A stretch of 64,000 nucleotides of DNA from Myxococcota bacterium (GTDB lineage: Bacteria; Myxococcota_A; UBA9160; SZUA-336). Both the position numbers and the translations under genes were made by a program. This document shows, piece after piece, positions 18,127 to 27,335 of this stretch. Within the stretch, counting starts at the first letter, position 1, and every line of letters begins with the position of its first letter. The stretch lies in assembly GCA_965247115.1 (NCBI GenBank), contig CBDFGR010000003.1:1856001-1920000 (forward strand), read 5' to 3'. Under the pieces are notes generated by a model that was given only the letters and a program-made list of their open reading frames with translations, searched no databases and was not told the DNA's origin.

Positions 18127-19530
18127 ATGGGAGGTCGGTTCTGGCATTGCGTGGTCGCGATCGTCGCGGGCCTGTTGTGGCTGATCTCGGGCGCTGGAGC
18201 GGGTGTTGCTGGCTTCGTCCTCGGTGCGATTCCGGGTTCGCTCTTGCTCGCCGGGGGCGTCTCGCAGCTGTGGCTGCAGCGCGACGTGCGGCCCCTGCAG
18301 ATGAGCGCGCTCGGTGGGGCGCTCGGAGCTGTACTGGCGCTTCCCATGCTCTTCGTGGTGGGCCCCTCGGGGGCTCTCTGGCTGCTCATCCTAGCGGGCG
18401 GGAGCTTTCTGGCTGCTGGCTGGGTGAGTCAGCGGCGACAGGCCGTGGTGCCGGGCGTGCCGGAGCCGACGCTGGATCTGAAGCTCGCTGCAAAGATCGG
18501 ACTCGACGAGGCCATCATCGCGACCGTGCCCCTGGCCCGGCGCGGCTTCGTCAGCCTGGATACTGCACGGGTGGTCGAGGAGATCCGTGGAGCGCACGAG
18601 CTCTTCACGGAGCAAGGCTGGCTGGAGAAGCCCGCCAGCTTCCACGCGGAGCCGCCTGCTCTCGAGTCGCCGAGCATCGACCGGAAGGAGATGCGCGGGC
18701 TGCGCTACGAACACCTGAGCTTCGAGAGCGGCTATGAGCCGCCAGCCGCGGCTCCCGGTCGCGAACGCTGGCTGAGCTATGCGAAGAATCGGCGCGGACA
18801 CGCCTGGGTGCTGCGCGACGGCGCGGAGCCACGCCCGTGGCTCGTCTGCATCCACGGCCTGGGCATGGGCTTCCCCCTGCTGGACTTCCCGGCCTTCGAG
18901 GCCGAACGGCTGCACCGCGAGCTCGGCCACAATTTGCTCTTTCCCGTGCTCCCGCTGCACGGGCCGCGGAAGGTGGGACTCCGCAGTGGTGACCGCTTCG
19001 TCGGTGGCGAGCTTCTGGACACTGTTTTTGCCGAGGCCCAGGCGATGTGGGATATCCGTCGGCTCCTGAGCTGGGCGCGCGCCGACGCCGCCGAGTCCGT
19101 CGGGATCTACGGCATCTCACTGGGCGGATACTCGGCCGCGCTGCTTGCTGGACTCGACGACGACCTGGCGTGCGTGATCGCCGGCGTTCCGGTCGTCGAC
19201 TTCCTGCGTGGCGAGAGCAGACTCTCGGTACCCGAGACGCGCAGGGAGCTGGAGCGTCGGGGTCTGGAGTGGGGCCAGGTCGAAGAGCTCATGCGTTCGA
19301 TCTCGCCTCTCGCGCTCCAGCCGCTCCTGCCCAGGGAGCGCTGCTTCATCTACGCCGGAACCGTCGATCGGCTGGTCACCGCCGACCAGCCGCGTGATTT
19401 GTGGACCCACTGGGGCGAGCCGCAGCTGGCCTGGTACCACGGCAGCCACCTGTCGTTCCGGCGCGAGCCAGCAGTTCGAAAGCTCGTTGACCGGGCCCTC
19501 CGCGAGTGGCGCCTGGGCCCGATGTGCTGA
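18127..19530 (+). CDS. Membrane-anchored alpha/beta hydrolase
   Basis: N-terminal TM helices, CIHGLGMG, nucleophile elbow GISLGG, DRLV, GSH. Confidence 0.8.
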   Translation: MGGRFWHCVVAIVAGLLWLISGAGAGVAGFVLGAIPGSLLLAGGVSQLWLQRDVRPLQMSALGGALGAVLALPMLFVVGPSGALWLLILAGGSFLAAGWVSQRRQAVVPGVPEPTLDLKLAAKIGLDEAIIATVPLARRGFVSLDTARVVEEIRGAHELFTEQGWLEKPASFHAEPPALESPSIDRKEMRGLRYEHLSFESGYEPPAAAPGRERWLSYAKNRRGHAWVLRDGAEPRPWLVCIHGLGMGFPLLDFPAFEAERLHRELGHNLLFPVLPLHGPRKVGLRSGDRFVGGELLDTVFAEAQAMWDIRRLLSWARADAAESVGIYGISLGGYSAALLAGLDDDLACVIAGVPVVDFLRGESRLSVPETRRELERRGLEWGQVEELMRSISPLALQPLLPRERCFIYAGTVDRLVTADQPRDLWTHWGEPQLAWYHGSHLSFRREPAVRKLVDRALREWRLGPMC

Positions 19531-19543
19531 GCGTGCAAGCCGG

Positions 19544-22348
19544 TCAGGGGCTGCGCTCGCGGGAACCCCTGGCGAAGGCCTCGCGCACGAACTCCGCCTC
19601 CTCCTGCTCGTGAATGGAGTACGAGCCTGTCGCCGGGCTCGCGGCTTCGTGTCGACCCACGTAGCGTAGGCCGACCTCGGGGCCGAGCACCCGTCGCATT
19701 CGCTCCTGGACGTAGGACCAGGCTCCCATGTTCCACGGCTCCTCCTGACACCAGACGATGTCGCGTGCAGGATACGCCGCAAGCAGGTCATGCAGGAGCT
19801 CGAACGGGAAGGGGTGCAGCTGCTCCAGGCGAACCAGAGCGACGTCGTTGAAGTTCGAGTCCTCACGCGCGGCTAGCAGCGTGTAGTAGACCTTTCCCGA
19901 GCACACGATGACCCGCCGTACCTGAGGCCGGTCCAGGTCTCCCGAAACGAACGCGGGGTCGTCGATGGCGCAGTGGAAGGCCCCCTCCGTAAACTCCTCG
20001 ACGGAGGATACGGCGAGCGGGTGGCGTAGCAGGCTCTTGGGGGACATGAGGACCAGCGGCTTGCGATAGTTGCGGCGGATCTGGCGGCGTAGCGCGTGGA
20101 AGTACTGCGCGGGTGTCGTCAGATTACAGACCTGGATGTTGTCCTCTGCACAGAGCTGGAGGAAGCGCTCGAGGCGAGCGCTCGAGTGCTCGGGGCCCTG
20201 TCCCTCGTATCCATGCGGCAGCAGCATCACGAGCCCGCTGGAACGCCTCCACTTGGTCTCCGCGCTGGCGATGAACTGGTCGATGATGACCTGGGCGGTA
20301 TTGGAGAAGTCCCCGAACTGCGCCTCCCAGATCGCCAGGCGATCGGGATCGACAGAGCTGTAGCCGTACTCGAAGCCAAGCACTGCGGCCTCGGAGAGGT
20401 TGCTGTTGCTGATGATCAGACGCGAGCCCAAGCTGCCGAGGGTGTCGAGGGGGATCGCGCGTGCAGCGGTCTCGACGTCGTGAAGAACGGCGTGGCGCGA
20501 GCTGAAGGTGCCGCGCTCGACGTCCTGGCCCGTCAGCCGGATTGTGGTTCCCTCGAGCAGCATGGTCCCCAGCGCCACGCACTCCGCGGTTCCCCAGTCG
20601 ATCCCGCGTCCCTCGGCAATAGAGCGAGCGCGCTGCCCCATGAGTCGCGCGATCTTCGGGTGAGCGGCGAAGCCTTCCGGCAGGTCGAGTAGGGCGTCTG
20701 CGACTCGCCCGAGTTGCTCCCGGGGGACCGCCGTTGGGAGCTCGACGCGCGCGCGCGCTTCCAGCCCGCTCCACAGACCGTGGTAGCCCTCGGTGCCGGC
20801 GTCGCGCTGCTGCTCGCTGCTGCGCTCGAGCGCCTCTTCCAGGCGCTGGTTCTGCTCGCGTTCGGTCTTTTCGACGGCAACCTCGTCGATCACGCCTTCC
20901 TGTAGCAGCCGCTCGGTGTAGATGGTGCCCACGCGCGGGTGGGTGCGGACCTGCTTGTAGAGCTGCGGCTGGGTGAAGGTCGGATCGTCGCCCTCGTTGT
21001 GTCCGTGGCGCCGATAGCAGACCAGGTCGATGATCACATCCTCCTTCCAGCGCTGTCGGAACTCGATCGCGAGCCGCGCGGCGTTGACGCAGGCCTCGGG
21101 GTCGTCCGCGTTTACGTGGAAGATGGGCGCCTGGATCACCTTGGCCATGTCGCTCGGATGCTGGGTAAAGAGGTAGTCCTTCGGCTCCGTCGTGAAGCCG
21201 ATCTGATTGTTCACAATTATGTGTATAGTTCCGCCGGTCCAGTAGATGTCGAGTTCCGACATGGCAAGGGTCTCCGGCACGATTCCCTGTCCGATGAAGG
21301 CGGAGTCGCCATGGATCATGACGGGGATCACCTGGGCGCGTTCGACGTCGCCGCGGAAGTTCTGCTTGGCTCGCACGATCCCCTCCGCGACGGGGTTCAC
21401 CCACTCCAGATGGCTCGGGTTCGGCTGCAGGGAGAGATGGATCGTCCTGCCCGCGCGCGTCTTGCGGTCCGAGGAGTAGCCTCGGTGGTACTTGACGTCG
21501 CCGGAGCCCTGCGCGTCGAGTGGCACGAGCGCCGTTTGAAAGCCGGCCATCACCGCCACGTAGGGCATTCCCATCGTGTGCGCCATCACGTTGAGGCGAC
21601 CACGATGCGCCATGGCGATCACCACCTCATGGGCACCGAGCTGCGATGCATCCTCGACGAGCGAGTCCATGAGCGGGAGCAGCGACTCGGCCCCTTCTAT
21701 CGAGAAGCGCTTCTGCCCGATGAAGCGCTTGTGCAGGAACTGCTCGAAGCGCTCTGCTGCGATCACCTGGGTCAAGACTCTCCGGCGGCCTTCTGCCGGG
21801 AGCTCTGGCTGGTTCTGGACGGGCTCCATGCGCTCGAGCAGCCAGTCGCGGCGCTCCTTGTCGCGCATCTCCATGAACTCGACGGCGAAGGATCTGCAGT
21901 ACGTCGCCCGCAGGCTCTCGATCAGCTCGCGCGGGGTGGCCTCGCGCAGGCCGAGGAAGTTCCCGCAGGAGCCCTTCACGTCGAGGTGCTCCTCCTCGAG
22001 TCCGAACTCACGCGGGTCCAGCAGAGCGTGCTCGCTTGCGCCCCCTCTCAGCGGATCGAGCTCTGCGATCAGGTGACCGTGGGTCCGGTACGCGTTCACG
22101 AGCGCGAAGATTCCGAGGCCGGAGAGGCTCCCCGCCTCGCGCATCGGCCCCGAGGTGACCGGAGGTTGCTCGCCAGCGTCGCGCACGTGGATCGCGTCGA
22201 AGACCTCGCGCCAGTGGTCCGGCAGGCCGGCCCGCCCGAGCACGTAGTCCTCGTAGAGAGACTCGACCCAGGCACCGTTCTCGCCGCTGAGCAGCGCAGC
22301 GAGCTCGAGCTTCCCTGCGGCCGTCGGCTGCGGGAGATTCGTGTTCAC
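19544..22348 (-). CDS. sucA: 2-oxoglutarate dehydrogenase E1
   Basis: QKRFSIEG, MAHRGRLN, GDVKYH, NPSHLE, HGDSAF, WEAQFGDF, GPEHSSAR, QEEPWNMG. Confidence 0.96.
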   Translation of the reverse strand: MNTNLPQPTAAGKLELAALLSGENGAWVESLYEDYVLGRAGLPDHWREVFDAIHVRDAGEQPPVTSGPMREAGSLSGLGIFALVNAYRTHGHLIAELDPLRGGASEHALLDPREFGLEEEHLDVKGSCGNFLGLREATPRELIESLRATYCRSFAVEFMEMRDKERRDWLLERMEPVQNQPELPAEGRRRVLTQVIAAERFEQFLHKRFIGQKRFSIEGAESLLPLMDSLVEDASQLGAHEVVIAMAHRGRLNVMAHTMGMPYVAVMAGFQTALVPLDAQGSGDVKYHRGYSSDRKTRAGRTIHLSLQPNPSHLEWVNPVAEGIVRAKQNFRGDVERAQVIPVMIHGDSAFIGQGIVPETLAMSELDIYWTGGTIHIIVNNQIGFTTEPKDYLFTQHPSDMAKVIQAPIFHVNADDPEACVNAARLAIEFRQRWKEDVIIDLVCYRRHGHNEGDDPTFTQPQLYKQVRTHPRVGTIYTERLLQEGVIDEVAVEKTEREQNQRLEEALERSSEQQRDAGTEGYHGLWSGLEARARVELPTAVPREQLGRVADALLDLPEGFAAHPKIARLMGQRARSIAEGRGIDWGTAECVALGTMLLEGTTIRLTGQDVERGTFSSRHAVLHDVETAARAIPLDTLGSLGSRLIISNSNLSEAAVLGFEYGYSSVDPDRLAIWEAQFGDFSNTAQVIIDQFIASAETKWRRSSGLVMLLPHGYEGQGPEHSSARLERFLQLCAEDNIQVCNLTTPAQYFHALRRQIRRNYRKPLVLMSPKSLLRHPLAVSSVEEFTEGAFHCAIDDPAFVSGDLDRPQVRRVIVCSGKVYYTLLAAREDSNFNDVALVRLEQLHPFPFELLHDLLAAYPARDIVWCQEEPWNMGAWSYVQERMRRVLGPEVGLRYVGRHEAASPATGSYSIHEQEEAEFVREAFARGSRERSP

Positions 22349-22539
22349 GCCGCGAAGCCTCCGTGTTTCGAGGCGTCGCGCCCCGTTTGCGGAAAATAAC
22401 GCTCCGCCGGGAGGCCGTCATTTGCTGCCCGTCTCGGGCTGAGACGCTCCATCCTGCTCTTCATCGTCTCGTCTGCGACTCGGGTGAAGGTCTCTCGGTC
22501 GACTGACGCCCGGGCACGGCTCCGCTAGGATGCCGCGCT

Positions 22540-23760
22540 ATGAAGTTCAAGGTCCTCCCCGGCTTTCGCGACTTCTTGCCCGCGGAGCTCGCCACCAGGC
22601 GCGCGATCGAGTCCGCCTGGCGCGAGGCCTCTGTGGGCGCCGGCTTCGAGGAGATCGACGGGCCCGTCCTCGAGCCACTCGAGCTCTTCACGACAAAGTC
22701 GGGCGAGGAGATCGTGTCGCAGCTCTACGCCTTTGAGGACAAGGGCGGACGCAAAGTGGCGTTGCGGCCAGAGATGACGCCGAGCATTGCGCGCATGGTG
22801 GCAGGTCGCGCCGCCGGGCTCCCGAAGCCTATCAAGTGGTTCTGCGTGCCGGAGTTCTATCGCTACGAGAAGCCTCAGCGCGGTCGGACACGGGCGTTTC
22901 GGCAGTGGAACGTCGATGTGTTCGGGAGCGACGACGCGGCGGCCGATGCGGAGGCGATCTCCGTTGCCGTCGAAGGGCTGCGCAGTCTCGGCCTCGGCTC
23001 AGACGACGTCATCGTGCGCATCAACGATCGCCGCCTGCTGCGCAGGCAGCTCCGCAAGATCGATGTGGGCGACGCGGACGAGCCAGAGGTGCTGGCCCTG
23101 ATCGACAGGCTCGAGAGGGACGACAGGGCTGCGGGTCGGCTCGAGGCGCTGCTGGGGACGAGTCGCGCACAGGAGCTCGCGGGCTGGTGCGAGCGCATGC
23201 CCGTCGAAGCCGGGGATGAGCTAGGCGCCGTGCTCGAGGCCTGCGAGGACTTCGGCATCGGCGATTTCCTGGAGCCCGACTTTCGCATCGTTCGGGGGCT
23301 CGACTACTACACGGGACCCGTCTGGGAGATCTTCGATCGCACCCGCTCACTGCGCTCGGTCGCGGGTGGCGGCCGCTACGACGAGCTCATCGAGCTGCTC
23401 GGAGGTCCCAAGCTCCCGGCACTCGGCTTCGGTATGGGAGACGCCGTGCTCGGCGAGCTCCTGCAGGAACGAGGCCTGCTGCCGACGTCCGCCCCCCGTG
23501 TAGACGTCGTAGTGGTAGCGATCGGTGCCGAGATGCGCTCCGCCGCCCGTCGCGTCGTCGCAAAGCTCCGTGCGGAAGGCGTCCGCGCCGACGCCCCCTA
23601 CGGCTCCCCCCGTCTCTCAAAGGCCCTAAAGTCCGCCGACGGCATGGGCGCCACCCGAGTCGTCCTGGTCGGCCCCGACGAATGGCAAACCGACTCGGTA
23701 AAAGTCAAAGATCTCGCAACCGGCCGCGAAACCATAGTCCGCCTAGAAAACCTCTCGTAG
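22540..23760 (+). CDS. hisS: Histidyl-tRNA synthetase
   Basis: LRPEMTPS, YRYEKPQRGR, IVRGLDYYTG, GGGRYD, GFGMG; anticodon-binding domain present. Confidence 0.93.
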   Translation: MKFKVLPGFRDFLPAELATRRAIESAWREASVGAGFEEIDGPVLEPLELFTTKSGEEIVSQLYAFEDKGGRKVALRPEMTPSIARMVAGRAAGLPKPIKWFCVPEFYRYEKPQRGRTRAFRQWNVDVFGSDDAAADAEAISVAVEGLRSLGLGSDDVIVRINDRRLLRRQLRKIDVGDADEPEVLALIDRLERDDRAAGRLEALLGTSRAQELAGWCERMPVEAGDELGAVLEACEDFGIGDFLEPDFRIVRGLDYYTGPVWEIFDRTRSLRSVAGGGRYDELIELLGGPKLPALGFGMGDAVLGELLQERGLLPTSAPRVDVVVVAIGAEMRSAARRVVAKLRAEGVRADAPYGSPRLSKALKSADGMGATRVVLVGPDEWQTDSVKVKDLATGRETIVRLENLS

Positions 23761-23823
23761 CTCGAGACACGTCCATGCCAGGATCCAGGCCGCCGACGGT
23801 GTACGCATCAGCGCGCCTGGCTG

Positions 23824-24711
23824 CTACTCCACCGCCATGCCCATCGCATGGAACCCCTTGTCGACGTAGAGGGTGGTTCCGGTAACACCCGACGCCAGGG
23901 GGCTCGCGAGGAAGGTGGCGGCAGCACCCACCTCTGACGCGTGAATGGGTTCGGGCAGCGGTGAGTTCTTGCTGACGTAGTCGATCATCGTTCCGATGAA
24001 TCCGATCGCGCTCGCTGCGCGCGAGGCCAGAGGGCCCGCCGAGATGCAATTGACGCGCGCACCCCAGCGGCGCCCGGCCTCGAACGCGAGGGTGCGCGTG
24101 TCGGACTCGAGAGCCGCCTTGGCCGAGGACATGCCGCCCCCGTAGCCGGGGATCACCCGTTCGGACGCCATGAAGCTGAGGGTGAGGAAGGAGCCGTGCT
24201 CTCGCAGCAGGGGACCGAAGCGCTGCACGAGTGCTACGAACGAGTAGCTGCTTGCGCTCAGCGCGTCCAGGTAGCCCTCGCGGCTCGTATCCAGAAGCGG
24301 GTTCTTGACCTCTGATCCGTTCGCCAGGCTGTGCACGACGATGTCGAGTGGCTTCTCGCCGAACTCGGCCACGAGCTGATCCGCTACACCCTGCAGCGTG
24401 AAGTCGGGGTGTGCCTTGTAGCGGCGATGCTCGCGGACCTCCATGGGCACTCGGTCGAGCTCGTCGTACGCGGCGTCTAGCGCGTAGATGCGCTCGAACT
24501 CGAGCTTCCTCCCGTCCTGGAGCTGCAGAGAGTCGGCAATCTTGTCGCGCTCGAGCAGCTTTGTGAAGATCCCGTAGGCAGGGGGCCAGGTCCCGACGCA
24601 GACGGAGGCTCCGGCCTCGGCCAGCTTCTTCGCGATCGCGAAGCCGAAGCCAGCATCGTCGGCCACGCCCGCCACGAAGGCTCGCTTGGCGTGCAGGTCG
24701 ATTCCGAGCAT
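23824..24711 (-). CDS. fabI: Enoyl-ACP reductase (plant/chlamydial-like FabI)
   Basis: AGVADDAGFG, VGTWPP, HSLANG, PGYGGGMSSAKAALESD, ISAGPLASRAA. Confidence 0.9.
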   Translation of the reverse strand: MLGIDLHAKRAFVAGVADDAGFGFAIAKKLAEAGASVCVGTWPPAYGIFTKLLERDKIADSLQLQDGRKLEFERIYALDAAYDELDRVPMEVREHRRYKAHPDFTLQGVADQLVAEFGEKPLDIVVHSLANGSEVKNPLLDTSREGYLDALSASSYSFVALVQRFGPLLREHGSFLTLSFMASERVIPGYGGGMSSAKAALESDTRTLAFEAGRRWGARVNCISAGPLASRAASAIGFIGTMIDYVSKNSPLPEPIHASEVGAAATFLASPLASGVTGTTLYVDKGFHAMGMAVE

Positions 24712-24712
24712 C

Positions 24713-24820
24713 TCAGCGGCCTCTGAAGACCGGCTCGCGCTTCTCCAGGAACGAGCGCATGCCCTCCTCGATCCGGGCGACGTGGCTCCGCACTTTGTGG
24801 TGAACGAGCGTGTAGTCCAT
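24713..24820 (-). pseudogene. Internally deleted enoyl-CoA hydratase-like remnant (35 aa)
   Basis: MDYTLVHHKVRSHVARI joined to EEGMRSFLEKREPVFRGR, resembling crotonase N- and C-termini; strong RBS upstream. Confidence 0.65.
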
Positions 24821-24855
24821 GGCTCCCTCCTCTGTCGCGTCGGGGAGCGCGCCCC

Positions 24856-25830
24856 TCAGTTGCGATGAAGATACTGGATACTGAAGAGCGAGCGATCGTC
24901 CAGCCAGACCCGTTCGACGGAGAAATCTGCCGCCGCGGCGAAACGACCGAAGCTCTCCAGTGTGTACTTCTGTGCGCATTCCATCAGGATCCGTTCCGAC
25001 TTTGCAAAGGCGATCTCTCCTCCAGCGACCCGTACGTGCTGGTTCTCGAGGCTCTCCAGATACATCTCGATGCGCTGCAGCTCCGTGTGGTACCAGGAGC
25101 GGTACGCGAAGCGCTCCGTCTCGAAGTTCGCGCCGAACTCGCGATTGATGTGGTTGAGCGCGTTGAGCTCGAACTCCGCCGTGATCCCATCGGCGTCGTT
25201 GTAGGCTCGCTCGAGCGTGTCGACGTCCTTGTGCAGGTCGACGCCCACGAGCAGCCTGCCTCCTTTTTTAACGTCGCTCGCGATGTGGCGCATGAAGCTC
25301 TCCGCGTCCTCCAGCTCGAAGTTGCCGATGGTCGAGCCTGGAAAGAACGCGACGCGTCTGGCCGGCTCGCTAGGTGGTTGCGGCAGCTCGTAGTGCGACG
25401 TGTAGTCGGCCACCACGGGCAGCACGTGCAGCCCCGGGTAGCGGACGTGGAGCGCCTCCGTGGACTTCTGCAGAGCTTCGCGCGAGATCTCGATGGGGAC
25501 GTAGGCAACGGGCGTCTGCAGGTGATCGAGCAGCACACGGGTCTTCAGTCCCGAGCCGCTGCCGTACTCGATGAGCAGACTGCGCGGCCCGATCAGTTCG
25601 GTCATCTCGCGAACGTTCTCACGCAGGATCCCGAGCTCGGTCCGCGTCAGGTAGTACTCCTCGGTCTCGCAGATCGCTTCGAAGAGCTCGACTCCTCTGG
25701 CGTCGTAGAGCAATCTGCTCGGGATCGACTTCTCGGGCGCCTGGAGCGAAGCCAGCAGTTCCGCGGCCGCACGGGCGGGTTTCGGCGCGAAGTCGCGAAG
25801 TGTCGCACGACGCTGGACGACTTCGGGCAT
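24856..25830 (-). CDS. egtD: L-histidine N-alpha-methyltransferase
   Basis: KSIPSRLLYDARG, EYYLTRTE, EYGSGSGLKT, FPGSTIGN, AYNDADGITAEF. Confidence 0.9.
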   Translation of the reverse strand: MPEVVQRRATLRDFAPKPARAAAELLASLQAPEKSIPSRLLYDARGVELFEAICETEEYYLTRTELGILRENVREMTELIGPRSLLIEYGSGSGLKTRVLLDHLQTPVAYVPIEISREALQKSTEALHVRYPGLHVLPVVADYTSHYELPQPPSEPARRVAFFPGSTIGNFELEDAESFMRHIASDVKKGGRLLVGVDLHKDVDTLERAYNDADGITAEFELNALNHINREFGANFETERFAYRSWYHTELQRIEMYLESLENQHVRVAGGEIAFAKSERILMECAQKYTLESFGRFAAAADFSVERVWLDDRSLFSIQYLHRN

Positions 25831-25896
25831 CTCCTCCCCACCTGAAACACGCGCATCCTGCCCGACGCAGAGAGGGGGTGTCAAACCAGCTTCGAT

Positions 25897-26760
25897 TCAG
25901 CCCGCGCCGTTCGACTCCGCGTCGAGCTCGATGGTCGCGATGACCGGCAGATGATCGGAGCCCCGTCGTGCCAGACGACTCTTGTGGGTTCGGACCTGCT
26001 TGACTTGCGCGCCCCGAGCGTACACGCGATCGAGTGCCAGGACCGGCCGCGTCGAAGGGAAGGTGGGCGGCCAGCTCTTGTTGTGGTGTCGCTCCGTGAA
26101 CTCGCGGTCGAGCCGTCGAGTGGCCGCACAGCGTCGCCAGGCGTTCATGTCTCCCAACAATATGGTGGGACCCTGAAGCTGTGGGTGTGAGAGCAAGGAG
26201 CGCACCTGTCGCTCCCGCGTGCGGTCGACCAGCCCGAGGTGAGTCGCAACGACCGCGACCGAGCGCAGGTCCCCTCTGAACTGGGCCGCGATCGCGGAGC
26301 GTCGTTCCAGTCGACCCTGACTCAGGTCCAGGGTGAAGACTCCAGTCATTGGCCAGCGAGACAGGATCGCGTTTCCCAGCTCGCCAAGGCGATGGGCTCG
26401 CGTGGAGACGAAAGCCAGGTACAGCTGCAGCTCGTCGGCGATTCGCTCCAGAGGGTCCTCGGCCCCGATGGGGCGCAAGCACTCCTGGAGCGCGATCACG
26501 TCGCTGCCCAGCTCGACGATCACGTCGCTCGCCAGCTCTGGCATCCACCTGCGCCCGCCCGTTACTCCCGACCAGCGATGAACGTTGTAGGTCGCGACCT
26601 CGAACCAGTCGCCGAAGGCCGGTACGGGGCCGGGAACCGCAGGAGGGCGCACGCTGGCTAGATACGGCAAACGCTCGGCAAGGAGCGCCCGTCGCTCGGG
26701 AGTGCGCCTGGCAGACCTGCGCCGATCCCTCCCTGACCTGACCCGCATCCCGTCTTTCAT
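25897..26760 (-). CDS. Endonuclease/exonuclease/phosphatase family protein
   Basis: ATYNVH, DVIALQE, GNAILSR, THL, GDMN, LDRVY, SDHLP. Confidence 0.88.
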   Translation of the reverse strand: MKDGMRVRSGRDRRRSARRTPERRALLAERLPYLASVRPPAVPGPVPAFGDWFEVATYNVHRWSGVTGGRRWMPELASDVIVELGSDVIALQECLRPIGAEDPLERIADELQLYLAFVSTRAHRLGELGNAILSRWPMTGVFTLDLSQGRLERRSAIAAQFRGDLRSVAVVATHLGLVDRTRERQVRSLLSHPQLQGPTILLGDMNAWRRCAATRRLDREFTERHHNKSWPPTFPSTRPVLALDRVYARGAQVKQVRTHKSRLARRGSDHLPVIATIELDAESNGAG

Positions 26761-26795
26761 CGTCTACCCGCAGACAATAGTGAAGCAGAGAGAGT

Positions 26796-27314
26796 CTTGT
26801 GGGACCCGGGCCGCGGGCGGCCGCGGCCCACCCACCTACGCTCGGCTCCGCCTCGCTGCGCGCGCCGCTTTGCGGCGCTTGCGGGTGCCCTCCGCGTACT
26901 TGCGAGACCCACCGCGGTCTTGTGGGGACCCGGTTAACCTAGGGACGGTCCTTAATCTGAACTTATTCCGCGTGAGACGACCGCAGCGGTGCCTAGATGA
27001 ACGAATGTGCCAAAGAGTCCCGCCGCTGTGAGCAGAAGTTCCGACTTCGGCCAAACAAGTTCGGATTAAGGACCGTCCCCAAGTTCGGATTCCGGTGGAG
27101 ACCCGGCAACCGCCCACGGGGCTTGGCAACCTGCAAGCGCCGCGGAACGCGGCGCGCGCAGCGAAGGGCGAAGCCCTGAGCGGAGGTGGGTGGCCCGCGG
27201 CCGCTCGCGCGCCGGGTCCCACAACGGCAAGCGCCGCGATAGCGGCGCGCGCAGCGAGGCGTAGCCGAGCGAAGGTGGGTGGCGCGCGACCGCTCGCGCG
27301 CCGGGTCCCACAAG
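26796..27314. repeat. Cluster of REP-like elements: one minus copy (26796-26889) and two plus copies (~26996-27224, 27227-27314)
   Basis: CTTGTGGGACCC at left; GGGACGGTCCTTAATC and GATTAAGGACCGTCCC as an inverted pair; GGGTCCCACAA twice at right. Confidence 0.88.
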
Positions 27315-27335
27315 AAAGGCTAGAGTACGCCGCCG

